Of a DNA stretch of 31,473 bases, positions 8,159-16,862 are shown piece after piece (within the stretch, counting starts at the first letter, position 1; the number at the start of each line of letters is the position of its first letter). The position numbers and the translations under genes are program-made. This DNA is from Bacteroidia bacterium. Lineage in GTDB: Bacteria; Bacteroidota; Bacteroidia; M30B66. Under the pieces are notes generated by a model. The model was not told the origin of the DNA, searched no databases, and saw only the letters and a program-made list of their open reading frames with translations. The stretch is taken from assembly GCA_040882555.1 (NCBI GenBank), contig JBBEBC010000147.1, positions 30,358 to 61,830 on the forward strand. Reading direction: 5' to 3'.

Positions 8159-9676
8159 TTATTGAGGTTTCACTTTTAATCTCATTCCTGGCTTAATGAC
8201 CGATCTTGATGAAAGTCCGTTCAGTTTTCTTAACTCATCCAATGTCATTCCGTGTTTTACAGATATTTTCCAAAGTGAATCACCAGGTTTGACTTTGTAA
8301 TACGAAACAGATTCCTTTTTAGGTGCTGGTGACGATTCTTGTTTATCAGCTGTCTTAGCATCTTCAGAAAGTTCTCCAACAGCTTCTTTCACTTGTGCTT
8401 CTCTTGAAGGACTAACTTTTAGCCTTTGTCCACGAAGAAGGCGAGAAGTTTTTAGGTTATTCCAACGCTTAATCTCATTTACCGTAACACCATATTTTCT
8501 AGCAATAATTGAAAGGCTCTCTCCTGATCTAACGGTATGAATCTTTGTATTAACAGGGGTATTTACATTATTTATAGTCATTAGACTATCTAGCCTGCTT
8601 TGCTGAGGTGATTTATAATCGTAAATGATTGCTTCATTATTAATAAAGGTTGCAATCTTAGATTTAGGAAGTGTTAGTACATAATACTTATCAGTTGATG
8701 GAATAAGATTATGCAAATAAGCTGGATTTAGGAATGCGATATCTTCAACTGGCATATCCAAAACCTGTGATAATTGACTAAATGTGACCTTTTTATTGAT
8801 GTGAAGCGTGTCAATTTCACTAAATATTGCCTTCGGCATGATAGGGTATAAATTGTGCTCACGGGTGTATGTCATTACATATGCTGCTGCAATAAATGCC
8901 GGAACATAACCTGCTGTTTCTTTTGGCAGATATGGCCTTAAATCCCAATAGTTTGTCTTTCCGCCGGAACGGCGAATAGCTTTATTAACGTTACCCGGGC
9001 CGCTATTATAAGCTGCCAATACTAATGACCAATCTTTGTAAATAGAATACAGATATTTCATATAAAGGCAAGCCGCCTCGGTAGATTGAATAGGGTCGCA
9101 ACGTTCATCAACATAACTGCTTACGTCGAGTTTAAAAAGCTTTCCGGTTGCATACATGAATTGCCAAAGGCCTTGAGCGCCAACTCGTGATCTCGCTGCA
9201 GGATTTAAAGCTGACTCTACAATGGCGAGGTATTTTAGCTCTAAAGGCATTTTATGTCTCGAAAGAGCCTCTTCAAACAAAGGAAAGTAAAGTTCAGATA
9301 GCCCAAGCATTCTTGAAACCTGCTCGCGTTTTCTTACTGAATACATAGAAATATATGCTTGAACCTCCTTGTTATAAATCAACTTAAATGGCGACTGGGC
9401 ATCCATTTTTCTAATACGTTCGGCAATAACTTCTGGTGGGTAAAGTGGGATAGAATCAGGAGAAAAACCAAAATTTCCAGGTCTGCCGAATTCACCTCCA
9501 AAGCGAGTTGTTTCAAAAAGTTTCATATAAGCAAGGCTGTCTAATGCTGCTGCAATAGGGTCATCAGCCTGCAATTCTAATGTAGTATCACGCGACGATC
9601 TCAGGGTTTGAGCATCAATTTGATGACTAATTATAATGGAAATAAGAAACAGGTTTATTAAATACTTCATACTCAT
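8159..9676 (-). CDS. Membrane-bound lytic murein transglycosylase D-like protein (SLT domain plus two C-terminal LysM domains)
   Basis: It carries the SLT catalytic motif (ESALNPAARSRVGAQGLWQFMYATG) and two LysM repeats (HTVRSGESLSIIARKYGVTVNEIKRWN; YKVKPGDSLWKISVKHGMTLDELRKLN). The likely start is the MSMKYLINLFLISIIISHQIDAQ signal peptide (about 9676), not the track start at 9748. Confidence 0.8.
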   Translation of the reverse strand: MSMKYLINLFLISIIISHQIDAQTLRSSRDTTLELQADDPIAAALDSLAYMKLFETTRFGGEFGRPGNFGFSPDSIPLYPPEVIAERIRKMDAQSPFKLIYNKEVQAYISMYSVRKREQVSRMLGLSELYFPLFEEALSRHKMPLELKYLAIVESALNPAARSRVGAQGLWQFMYATGKLFKLDVSSYVDERCDPIQSTEAACLYMKYLYSIYKDWSLVLAAYNSGPGNVNKAIRRSGGKTNYWDLRPYLPKETAGYVPAFIAAAYVMTYTREHNLYPIMPKAIFSEIDTLHINKKVTFSQLSQVLDMPVEDIAFLNPAYLHNLIPSTDKYYVLTLPKSKIATFINNEAIIYDYKSPQQSRLDSLMTINNVNTPVNTKIHTVRSGESLSIIARKYGVTVNEIKRWNNLKTSRLLRGQRLKVSPSREAQVKEAVGELSEDAKTADKQESSPAPKKESVSYYKVKPGDSLWKISVKHGMTLDELRKLNGLSSRSVIKPGMRLKVKPQ

Positions 9677-9865
9677 TTGCCGCTTTTGGCTGCTTTCACA
9701 ATATAAACCCCATTTTATAACGATATAGTATGCAACGAGGTTGCTCAAACCTAAATGATTTTTTTACACCCTCGAAGGAAATCCAATTCAAAATCAACAC
9801 AGATTTGTTCACAAACCCGCCTTAATTTTACAGGACTAGATTCTAAACTCAGGCAATTCTTTAAA

Positions 9866-11329
9866 TCAGTCTGTTTTTAGGACATAGGCTCCTGGTGCCA
9901 AGTCAAAATATTTCTTGTTTAGGCTGTAAATGCTTAAACCTCCAAAGAAACTAGGAACGATCAGATTATCGGCTGATACTTTATCTGCTTCTTCATATTC
10001 AGTTTCGTTGAGAATAGAAATCGTGAAGCAGCCCTCTTTTCCATATTTTGAGCCACTATATAAAAGACTCTCAAAACAAAATGGCCAAGGAACCTGAACT
10101 TTATACATGTCAACCTGATTGGTTCTAAGGCATATTTTATCAGCTTTTAGCTGTTGATGTATCTCATCTATGTAACTCAGCCTGCTGCTCATGAAGTTAC
10201 CTTTCTTTTGCACACCATTAAATGCAAGTAGAAAAATAAGTCCTAAACCTGCTAGTTGAATGTACTGTGTTCGATTTGAAGTGCTTTCGGAGAACAAGTC
10301 GAAAATAGGAGCAGCCAAAGTGAAAGCTAAAGGCATAAATGCTCTTTCCATCATCAGATAAGAATCTCCTTTGTGATAAATAAGTAAGGTAAATAGCAAG
10401 AATCCAAGGTTAAATGCAACATAGTACGCGAGCCTCAAAAACTTTTTCCTGCTAATCATCCAAAAAACACCAGTAAAAAATGCAATCCAAAGCAGCATAT
10501 AGGTCTTGTCGCTTTCTTCAATGAAATAATCCCAGCTCCAGTTATTTGAAAAGTCTGCTATCAATTCTGGGAATTGAGGAATAAGCGACAGGAACTGTCC
10601 TTCATACGAAGTGGCATCTGTACTTGAGGTTTTGTAAATACTTAGGATAGCAATAAGTGCAAGAACAATATAAGGTATGGGATTTTTGAATTCTTTTCTC
10701 TCAGTGAAGAAATAGCCAATTGAAAAAATGATAAAGAAAAATCCTACCGGATGAGAATGCATAGCTAAAACAGCAAATGCCAAACCACTCACCAAATAAG
10801 GGAGATTTTTTAACTCGTTCTCATGTGGAACCCTTGGATTCATCATCCACGAATAAAAAAGCAAGCCCCAGGCTATTGACTGATGTGTTTCTGTTGCGCA
10901 GTGAAAAAACCCATAATTAACAGAGCCTATTAAAGCAAAAACAAGAAGTGCTGGAGCCCATTTATTATGGTATTTATAATAAGATACTATAGCACAACTG
11001 GCAAAAAATATGGGGAAAGAAAGCGAATAAAGCAGGACTATAAAATTGAGGCTGGGCTCAAATTTCAAAGCCATAAATACGGGAATTTGCGTAATTATTT
11101 GAGGATAACGACCCGCTTCAATATTAAAGCTGCCCGATTGAATTATCTTAAAAAGCATATGTGCAGAATCGGCATAACATACTCTTTCTAAATAATACCA
11201 AGCGCAAAAGCCAATGTAAATTAGCAATACAGCAAAACCACTGTAATGCAATGGGAGCTTACTTGTATTAGCTGGGTTTTTTCCTTGCATTGAAATATCC
11301 CGAATATTACTCTTTGTTAAAAAAGACAA
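9866..11329 (-). CDS. Polytopic integral membrane protein of unknown function (about 10 TM segments plus a ~110-aa C-terminal soluble domain)
   Basis: Long hydrophobic segments run throughout the first ~370 aa. I do not recognise a catalytic motif. It lies downstream of, and co-directional with, tatC-tatA-gatA. The start could be M14 (about 11290). Confidence 0.5.
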   Translation of the reverse strand: MSFLTKSNIRDISMQGKNPANTSKLPLHYSGFAVLLIYIGFCAWYYLERVCYADSAHMLFKIIQSGSFNIEAGRYPQIITQIPVFMALKFEPSLNFIVLLYSLSFPIFFASCAIVSYYKYHNKWAPALLVFALIGSVNYGFFHCATETHQSIAWGLLFYSWMMNPRVPHENELKNLPYLVSGLAFAVLAMHSHPVGFFFIIFSIGYFFTERKEFKNPIPYIVLALIAILSIYKTSSTDATSYEGQFLSLIPQFPELIADFSNNWSWDYFIEESDKTYMLLWIAFFTGVFWMISRKKFLRLAYYVAFNLGFLLFTLLIYHKGDSYLMMERAFMPLAFTLAAPIFDLFSESTSNRTQYIQLAGLGLIFLLAFNGVQKKGNFMSSRLSYIDEIHQQLKADKICLRTNQVDMYKVQVPWPFCFESLLYSGSKYGKEGCFTISILNETEYEEADKVSADNLIVPSFFGGLSIYSLNKKYFDLAPGAYVLKTD

Positions 11330-11379
11330 TATTAGGAATTCTAAGCAAATACAATGAGCAGCAATGCCTAAAGTAATTA

Positions 11380-12819
11380 TCAGGCCGTTTGAACGTCACT
11401 ATTTGCCATCATCGCGGCAGCGAAACCTAATAACTCTGACTCATGGAAGCTTTTCGTCATTAACTGGACTCCAAAAGGTAGTCCGTTACTGTGTTTTCCG
11501 AGCGGGATAGAAATTGCCGGAATGCCGCAAAGATTCGATTGTACCGTGTAAATATCTTCAAGGTACATTTTTATAGGGTCGTTCGACTTTTCCCCGATCG
11601 GGAATGCCGTACCCGGAGTACTTGGCAACAAGATGAAATCGTGATTACTCAGAATCTCATTGGTCTCATCTCTAAGCATGCGTCTTACTTTCTGCGCTTT
11701 AGAATAGTAGGCATCGTAATATCCTGAGCTAAGGACAAAAGTTCCTAGCATGATTCTTCTTTGTACTTCTTTTCCAAAACCTTCAGACCGAGAAAGTTTA
11801 TAGGTGCTTTCAAGATCTGTTGCTTTTTTACTTCTGTAACCATAATGAATTCCATCATACCTCGAAAGATTTGATGAAGCTTCGGCCGTAGTTAGAATAT
11901 AATAAGCTGGAATTACGTAATCTAAATATGGAAAAGTAAGCTCTGTTAAATCATGGCCTTCAGCCTTGAGCTCTTCAATTAAGCTCTTTATTTTCGATTT
12001 GATTTCAGGGTCAAGTCCATCATTATCAATATATTCCTTGAAATATGCAATCTTCTTTTTACCCGAAACAACGAGCTCCTTACTAAATTCAGGTACTTCT
12101 CTTTGCGATAGAGTAGCATCATATTGATCGGGCCCTGCCATTACTTCCAAAATGATAGCACAATCTGCTACATTATTTGCTAAAGGACCAATTTGATCAA
12201 ACGAAGAGGCATAAGCAATACATCCCCAGCGGGAAACTCTACCATACGTCGGTTTTAAACCAACTACTCCGCAAAAAGAGGCAGGTTGACGAATAGAACC
12301 GCCAGTATCAGTGCCTAAAGCAGCCAAACAAAGTCCCGCAGCAACTGCCACAGCCGAACCTCCTGATGAACCACCAGGAACCAATTTTTCATTTAAGGGG
12401 TTTTTCACTACACCGAAAGCCGAATTTTCATTCGAACTTCCCATAGCAAATTCATCACAATTCAGTCGACCAATAATAACAGCATCTTCAGCTATCAATC
12501 GTTCAACAACTGTTGCTGTGTAAATAGATTCAAAGCCTTCGAGTATTTTGCTGGATGCAGAAACCTGATGACCTTTATAACAGAGATTATCTTTTATGCC
12601 AATAACCATCCCGGAAAGCTTTCCAGCTTTACCATTTTTTCTTTTCTCATCAGCAAGCTTAGCTTGAGCAATAGCATCCTCAGTAAACACTTCTAAAAAA
12701 GCATTTAGTGACTTACGATCTTCAATTTTGGCTAAATAATGCTGAGTAATTGACTCAATGGTCGTGTTGCCTGCGGCTAATGCCGATTGGACTTCGGCCA
12801 GGGATGAATACATACGCAA
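11380..12819 (-). CDS. gatA: Asp-tRNA(Asn)/Glu-tRNA(Gln) amidotransferase subunit A
   Basis: It has the amidase signature (GGSSGGSAVAVAAG ... GTDTGGSIRQPASFCG) and the GatA-type N-terminus. The product is 479 aa. Confidence 0.9.
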   Translation of the reverse strand: MRMYSSLAEVQSALAAGNTTIESITQHYLAKIEDRKSLNAFLEVFTEDAIAQAKLADEKRKNGKAGKLSGMVIGIKDNLCYKGHQVSASSKILEGFESIYTATVVERLIAEDAVIIGRLNCDEFAMGSSNENSAFGVVKNPLNEKLVPGGSSGGSAVAVAAGLCLAALGTDTGGSIRQPASFCGVVGLKPTYGRVSRWGCIAYASSFDQIGPLANNVADCAIILEVMAGPDQYDATLSQREVPEFSKELVVSGKKKIAYFKEYIDNDGLDPEIKSKIKSLIEELKAEGHDLTELTFPYLDYVIPAYYILTTAEASSNLSRYDGIHYGYRSKKATDLESTYKLSRSEGFGKEVQRRIMLGTFVLSSGYYDAYYSKAQKVRRMLRDETNEILSNHDFILLPSTPGTAFPIGEKSNDPIKMYLEDIYTVQSNLCGIPAISIPLGKHSNGLPFGVQLMTKSFHESELLGFAAAMMANSDVQTA

Positions 12820-12821
12820 AC

Positions 12822-13016
12822 TTAGGATTCAGTTTTCTTCTCAGGAAGATCTTCTTTCTTCGTTGAGTCTTTGGCATCTTTAAATTCCTTTATGCCTTGC
12901 CCAATTCCCTTCATAAGTTCAGGAAGCTTTTTGCCTCCAAACATCAACAAAACAAGAGCAACAACTAGGGCAATTTGCCATGGACCAATAACACCCAATA
13001 AAATGGAGATATTCAT
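12822..13016 (-). CDS. tatA: Twin-arginine translocase subunit TatA/E
   Basis: The 64-aa product has one N-terminal TM helix, an amphipathic helix (FGGKKLPELMKGIGQGIKEFKDA), and an acidic tail. It lies 2 nt upstream of gatA and just downstream of tatC. Confidence 0.85.
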   Translation of the reverse strand: MNISILLGVIGPWQIALVVALVLLMFGGKKLPELMKGIGQGIKEFKDAKDSTKKEDLPEKKTES

Positions 13017-13068
13017 ATTAAAAATTTGAAGTCACAAAGGTAAGAAATTTTAATAGGTAAGGACTTTT

Positions 13069-13887
13069 TTAGGATTTAAGCCTTTGTTTTTCTACCCTAG
13101 CTGCAAGGTATATACTTATTTCATAAAGTAAAAAAACAGGAATAGAAACTATAATTTGGCTTGTTACATCCGGTGGAGTGATGATTGCCGAAAGAATAAG
13201 AATAAGCACATAGGCCACTTTTCTGGTTTTTCTTAAGAATGCAGGTCCGGTAAGCCCTGCTTTTGCAAGGAAGTAAATCACAATAGGTAATTCGAAAATA
13301 ATACCAGCTCCAAAAGTGGTACTTGCTACCGTTGAAATGAAACTGTTAAGACTAATTTGATTTTTTACTAGCTCACTAACCTGGTAATTCCCGAAAAAAT
13401 ATACACTTAAAGGAGTAATTACAAAATACCCGAAACTTATGCCTAAAGCAAATAGCAGGGAACTCCAAAACACCATTCCATTGGCAGCTTTTCTTTCTTT
13501 ATCGTATAAAGCAGGCTTTATAAAGCGCCAAACTTCCCATAGCAAATAAGGAAACGAAAGAATCAAACCCGTTATAAAAGCAATCGTAATATGAGCCGAA
13601 AACTGTCCCGACATCTGAATGCTAATTAATTCGAAATTCAAATCCTTCAGGCAAATACTATCATCATGAAACAACCACTGCGACAAATTGCAAAAGAAGC
13701 GGTAGGTTGGAAACGTGTCATATTTAGGAGCCAACAGAATTCCATCAAAAATTACATCTTTGAAGATAAATGCTAGCGAACCGAAAAGCACAATAGCTAT
13801 AGCTGCGCGTATCAAATGCCAGCGCAACGCTTCCAAGTGATCAAGGAAGCTCATTTCAGCGCTTTCTTTCGGTTTGTCTTTAGCCAT
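13069..13887 (-). CDS. tatC: Twin-arginine translocase subunit TatC
   Basis: The 272-aa product has six TM segments and the TatC N-terminal motif (MSFLDHLEALRWHLIRA). Confidence 0.9.
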   Translation of the reverse strand: MAKDKPKESAEMSFLDHLEALRWHLIRAAIAIVLFGSLAFIFKDVIFDGILLAPKYDTFPTYRFFCNLSQWLFHDDSICLKDLNFELISIQMSGQFSAHITIAFITGLILSFPYLLWEVWRFIKPALYDKERKAANGMVFWSSLLFALGISFGYFVITPLSVYFFGNYQVSELVKNQISLNSFISTVASTTFGAGIIFELPIVIYFLAKAGLTGPAFLRKTRKVAYVLILILSAIITPPDVTSQIIVSIPVFLLYEISIYLAARVEKQRLKS

Positions 13888-13960
13888 AGGGGCGCAAAGA
13901 TAAACCTTACTTGACTTTATTTAGTAAAATCAAATCTTTTGTAGAATAAGGTAACATCAC

Positions 13961-14302
13961 TCATTGATTTTCCTTGTGACGCTTCAAATACGAATTGAAT
14001 TCTTCAAGTAGACTGAGGTATTTGTTCTTCCAATAATGCACTTCATTCCCCTCATAATTCCTTTCTTCATCTACTTCTGACAATGATTTGGACTTTGAAG
14101 CCGAATTTAATTCATCAATATCAAACGTAAAATCATGATGAATCACTTTGCCAATCTCAATGATAATATCTAAGGGAACATCGGGCATTTCAAATTGATT
14201 GTAAATCCATTTACGACTTTTACCCAATTTATCTACAATCCTAGTTAGAGGAATACCGCTTTTCCTGACTGCCACTTCTAAGATTTCGCCCCTGTGTTGC
14301 AT
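13961..14302 (-). CDS. Small hypothetical protein with an N-terminal HTH-like segment and a charged or coiled C-terminus
   Basis: The 113-aa product includes SGIPLTRIVDKLGKSRKWIYNQF, which resembles a helix-turn-helix. I recognise no family. It is divergent from the PLP-enzyme gene. Confidence 0.45.
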   Translation of the reverse strand: MQHRGEILEVAVRKSGIPLTRIVDKLGKSRKWIYNQFEMPDVPLDIIIEIGKVIHHDFTFDIDELNSASKSKSLSEVDEERNYEGNEVHYWKNKYLSLLEEFNSYLKRHKENQ

Positions 14303-14409
14303 ACCTCAAAACTGCAAACGGGAATGTAAATTATTGTATACGAATAATACACAAAACTGTCCATCTGAATTCTATATTATTGGACTGATGATTCAATTAC
14401 TTTAGCGTC

Positions 14410-15585
14410 ATGGAAAGCATCACATCAATTCTTCATCAACTTGGCGAGGATCGCGAAAACTATTACAATGCGGTTGCCCCGGCGCAGATTCAGTCATCCA
14501 ACTTCTGTTTCGATTCTGTTTCCTCTATGAGGGAAAGTCTTAAACAGGAGTTCGAAAAACCTTTTTATACCCGAGGGTATAATCCAACGGTTGCTATTCT
14601 TAGAAAAAAACTGGCAGCACTCGAATCTACTGATGATGCGCTCGTTTGTTCATCCGGCAGCGCCGCAGTTTCTATAGCCGTTATGGGAAATCTAAAAGCT
14701 GGCGATCATGTTATTTGTGTGCAAAAACCATATAGTTGGACTACCAAGCTTTTCAGTAATCTCCTTTCACGCTATGGGGTTGATGTAACCTATATTGATG
14801 GTGAAAAAATCGAGAACTATGAAGCCGCATTAAACTCTCAAACACGTTTAGTTTTTATAGAAAGTCCTAACTCAATGACATTCGAAATGCAGGATATCAG
14901 AGCTGTTGCTCGGTTTTGCAAAAAGAATAATCTCATTAGCATCATTGACAATTCTTATTCTTCTCCCGTTTTTCAGAAGCCATGTACCATGGGAATAGAC
15001 CTTTCGGTGCACTCGGCTACAAAATACCTCAATGGTCATTCAGATGTAGTTGCAGGAGCTATTTGTGGAAGTTCCGAAATGATAAAGAAACTTTTTGCTT
15101 CAGAATGGATGACTCTTGGATGCAATATTTCTCCTAACGATGCTTGGCTTTTGATTCGTGGCTTAAGAACACTCGAATTGCGAGTGCACAGGTCGGCCGA
15201 CACGGCTGCTTACCTCGTTCCATGGCTTGAGAATCACCCAAATGTAGATAAAGTACTATGGCCCTTTTCAGAGAATAATCCACAAGTTGAATTGGCCAAG
15301 AGTCAGATGGATCGCTGTGCAGGTATGTTTAGTCTAGTAATTAAATCGGCTGATATTCAAGGTGTTGAACGGTTTTGTGATGCACTAAAGCATTTTCTTT
15401 TAGCGTGCTCTTGGGGAGGGTACGAATCGCTTGCTTTTCCTGTTTGTGCTTTAGAAAGCGCTCCTTCTTACAAGAACACCACTGTTTCTCGAAACCTTGT
15501 TCGTCTTTACATTGGCTTAGAAGACCCTGAATTACTAAAAGCTGATTTAGGTCAGGCTTTAAATAAAGTAAACACTAAATCATAG
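14410..15585 (+). CDS. PLP-dependent trans-sulfuration enzyme (cystathionine gamma-synthase / beta-lyase / methionine gamma-lyase family)
   Basis: It has the YTRGYNPT motif and the PLP-lysine motif SATKYLNGHSDVVAG of the Cys/Met-metabolism PLP family. The product is 391 aa. Confidence 0.8.
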   Translation: MESITSILHQLGEDRENYYNAVAPAQIQSSNFCFDSVSSMRESLKQEFEKPFYTRGYNPTVAILRKKLAALESTDDALVCSSGSAAVSIAVMGNLKAGDHVICVQKPYSWTTKLFSNLLSRYGVDVTYIDGEKIENYEAALNSQTRLVFIESPNSMTFEMQDIRAVARFCKKNNLISIIDNSYSSPVFQKPCTMGIDLSVHSATKYLNGHSDVVAGAICGSSEMIKKLFASEWMTLGCNISPNDAWLLIRGLRTLELRVHRSADTAAYLVPWLENHPNVDKVLWPFSENNPQVELAKSQMDRCAGMFSLVIKSADIQGVERFCDALKHFLLACSWGGYESLAFPVCALESAPSYKNTTVSRNLVRLYIGLEDPELLKADLGQALNKVNTKS

Positions 15586-15641
15586 TGAGCTTGTCGAACT
15601 ATGACTTATGTGTTTATAGAAATCTCTAATAAATTGAAAAA

Positions 15642-16127
15642 ATGCCCATTTGGCTTATCATACTTACAATTCTCTTAACCCTGATTGGCATTGCCGGCTG
15701 CATCTTACCGGGCTTGCCGGGTCCTCCTTTTAACTATGCGGCAGTTTTGCTTCTTCATTTTAATGGATATCCTTTTTCGGACACAAGTCTTATCCTTTTT
15801 GGAATTTTAACTGTGGTGGTTCTCATCCTCGATTACACCATACCTATTTTCAGTGCAAGAATTTTTGGAGCTACAAAAACGGGTATTCGGGGCAGTATCG
15901 TGGGAATGATTGTCGGTATGTTTTTTACCCCCCTTGGAATGATTGGTGGATTGCTTCTTGGAGCCATCATTGGCGATATGATGGAAGGCCGCACTCTTTC
16001 TCAGGCAAGCCTTTCTGGAGCCGGCACTTTATTAGGCGCTTTGGCAGGTATATTTATTAAAACGATTGCAGCAGTTATTATCAGTTTTCCCGTTTGGTAT
16101 ATTATTGTAGCTGAGGTTTTTAAATAG
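15642..16127 (+). CDS. DUF456-family small membrane protein
   Basis: The 161-aa product has four TM segments and the characteristic LPGLPGPP motif near the N-terminus. Confidence 0.65.
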   Translation: MPIWLIILTILLTLIGIAGCILPGLPGPPFNYAAVLLLHFNGYPFSDTSLILFGILTVVVLILDYTIPIFSARIFGATKTGIRGSIVGMIVGMFFTPLGMIGGLLLGAIIGDMMEGRTLSQASLSGAGTLLGALAGIFIKTIAAVIISFPVWYIIVAEVFK

Positions 16128-16360
16128 GTCTATTTGCTAGCATTTACGTCCTGTATGAATGCTTTGAGGTAAAGCCCACCCCTTCTTAACATTCCCTTAG
16201 TAATTTAATCACTCCCCCTAACATAGAATAAACATGAGATGAATGCTTTTAGTCTAACTAATCGAAATAGCTATGCGAGTATTTTTACTAATGGTGTTTT
16301 CCTTATTCATTTCAGTGACTTTATCGTAAGCTCAATCTATCAACTTCCATTTTGTGGAAA

Positions 16361-16496
16361 GTTACTCAGCTTTAGCTGAACTAGATAGGTAGCGTCCCGC
16401 TTTCAATCGGGAGAAATAATTAACCCCGAGCGAAAGCCGCAGTTGTAGCACCTTGAAAAAGACCGGCCTTAAGGACTTTCACGAGGTTTCCGATAC
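16361..16496 (+). repeat. Copy A of a 136-nt direct repeat (candidate structured-RNA unit)
   Basis: GTTACTCAGCTTTAGCTGAACTAGATAGGTAG-[33-nt divergent hairpin]-CCCGAGCGAAAGCCGCAGTTGTAGCACCTTGAAAAAGACCGGCCTTAAGGACTTTCACGAGGTTTCCGATAC. It pairs with copy B, 366 nt downstream. Confidence 0.7.
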
Positions 16497-16500
16497 GAAG

Positions 16501-16573
16501 GGGTTGCGAATAGAGCGACGAGCTGTTTGAAGCATTTTAGCATAAAATGCTAGTTTTCGTCACTCCGCAACCC
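16501..16573 (+). other. Three nested helices between the repeat copies (8-bp GGGTTGCG/CGCAACCC enclosing 5-bp GACGA/TCGTC enclosing 9-bp AGCATTTTA-gca-TAAAATGCT)
   Basis: All three stems are perfect Watson-Crick pairings read directly from the sequence. They give a compact structured element of about 73 nt. Confidence 0.45.
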
Positions 16574-16616
16574 GGAGTTCATCGGAACGTTAAAGTTCTT
16601 TAGCCTTGATTTTTTG

Positions 16617-16642
16617 TTTCTTTTTCATTAAGGAAAAAGAAA
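16617..16642. other. Perfect 10-bp inverted repeat TTTCTTTTTC-attaag-GAAAAAGAAA
   Basis: This is an exact palindrome. The T-run lies on the 5' side, so it is not an intrinsic terminator in either orientation. It could be a protein-binding site or an RNA hairpin. Confidence 0.4.
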
Positions 16643-16726
16643 GAGGCCTTCCGCCGACGAGGCACTGCAAAGCTCAAAATGAGCAAAGGCATTTATTGTT
16701 GTTGCTTAACTCAAAGTAATGAGGTT

Positions 16727-16862
16727 GTTACTCAGTTTTAGCTGAACTAGATAGGTATCGTCACGATTACAATCATGAGAAATGAGTAATCCCGAGCGAA
16801 AGCCGCAGTTGTAGCACCTTGAAAAAGACCGGCCTTAAGGACTTTCACGAGGTTTCCGATAC
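16727..16862 (+). repeat. Copy B of the 136-nt direct repeat
   Basis: The 3' 72 nt are identical to copy A. The 5' 32 nt have 2 substitutions. The central 33 nt have 8 substitutions, at least one of which is compensatory within a hairpin. Confidence 0.7.

Noticed and set aside
16617-16642. The 10-bp perfect palindrome as an intrinsic terminator
   Set aside because: The U-tract lies 5' of the hairpin on the plus strand. An A-tract follows it on the minus strand. It is therefore not a canonical terminator in either orientation, and I kept it only as an unexplained palindrome.
16361-16862. Integron attC sites, a diversity-generating retroelement TR/VR pair, or a CRISPR/tracrRNA
   Set aside because: The unit has no inverted core symmetry (its ends are GTTACTC... 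and ...CCGATAC). The substitutions are not adenine-specific, and no RT gene exists. There are only two copies and no cas genes.
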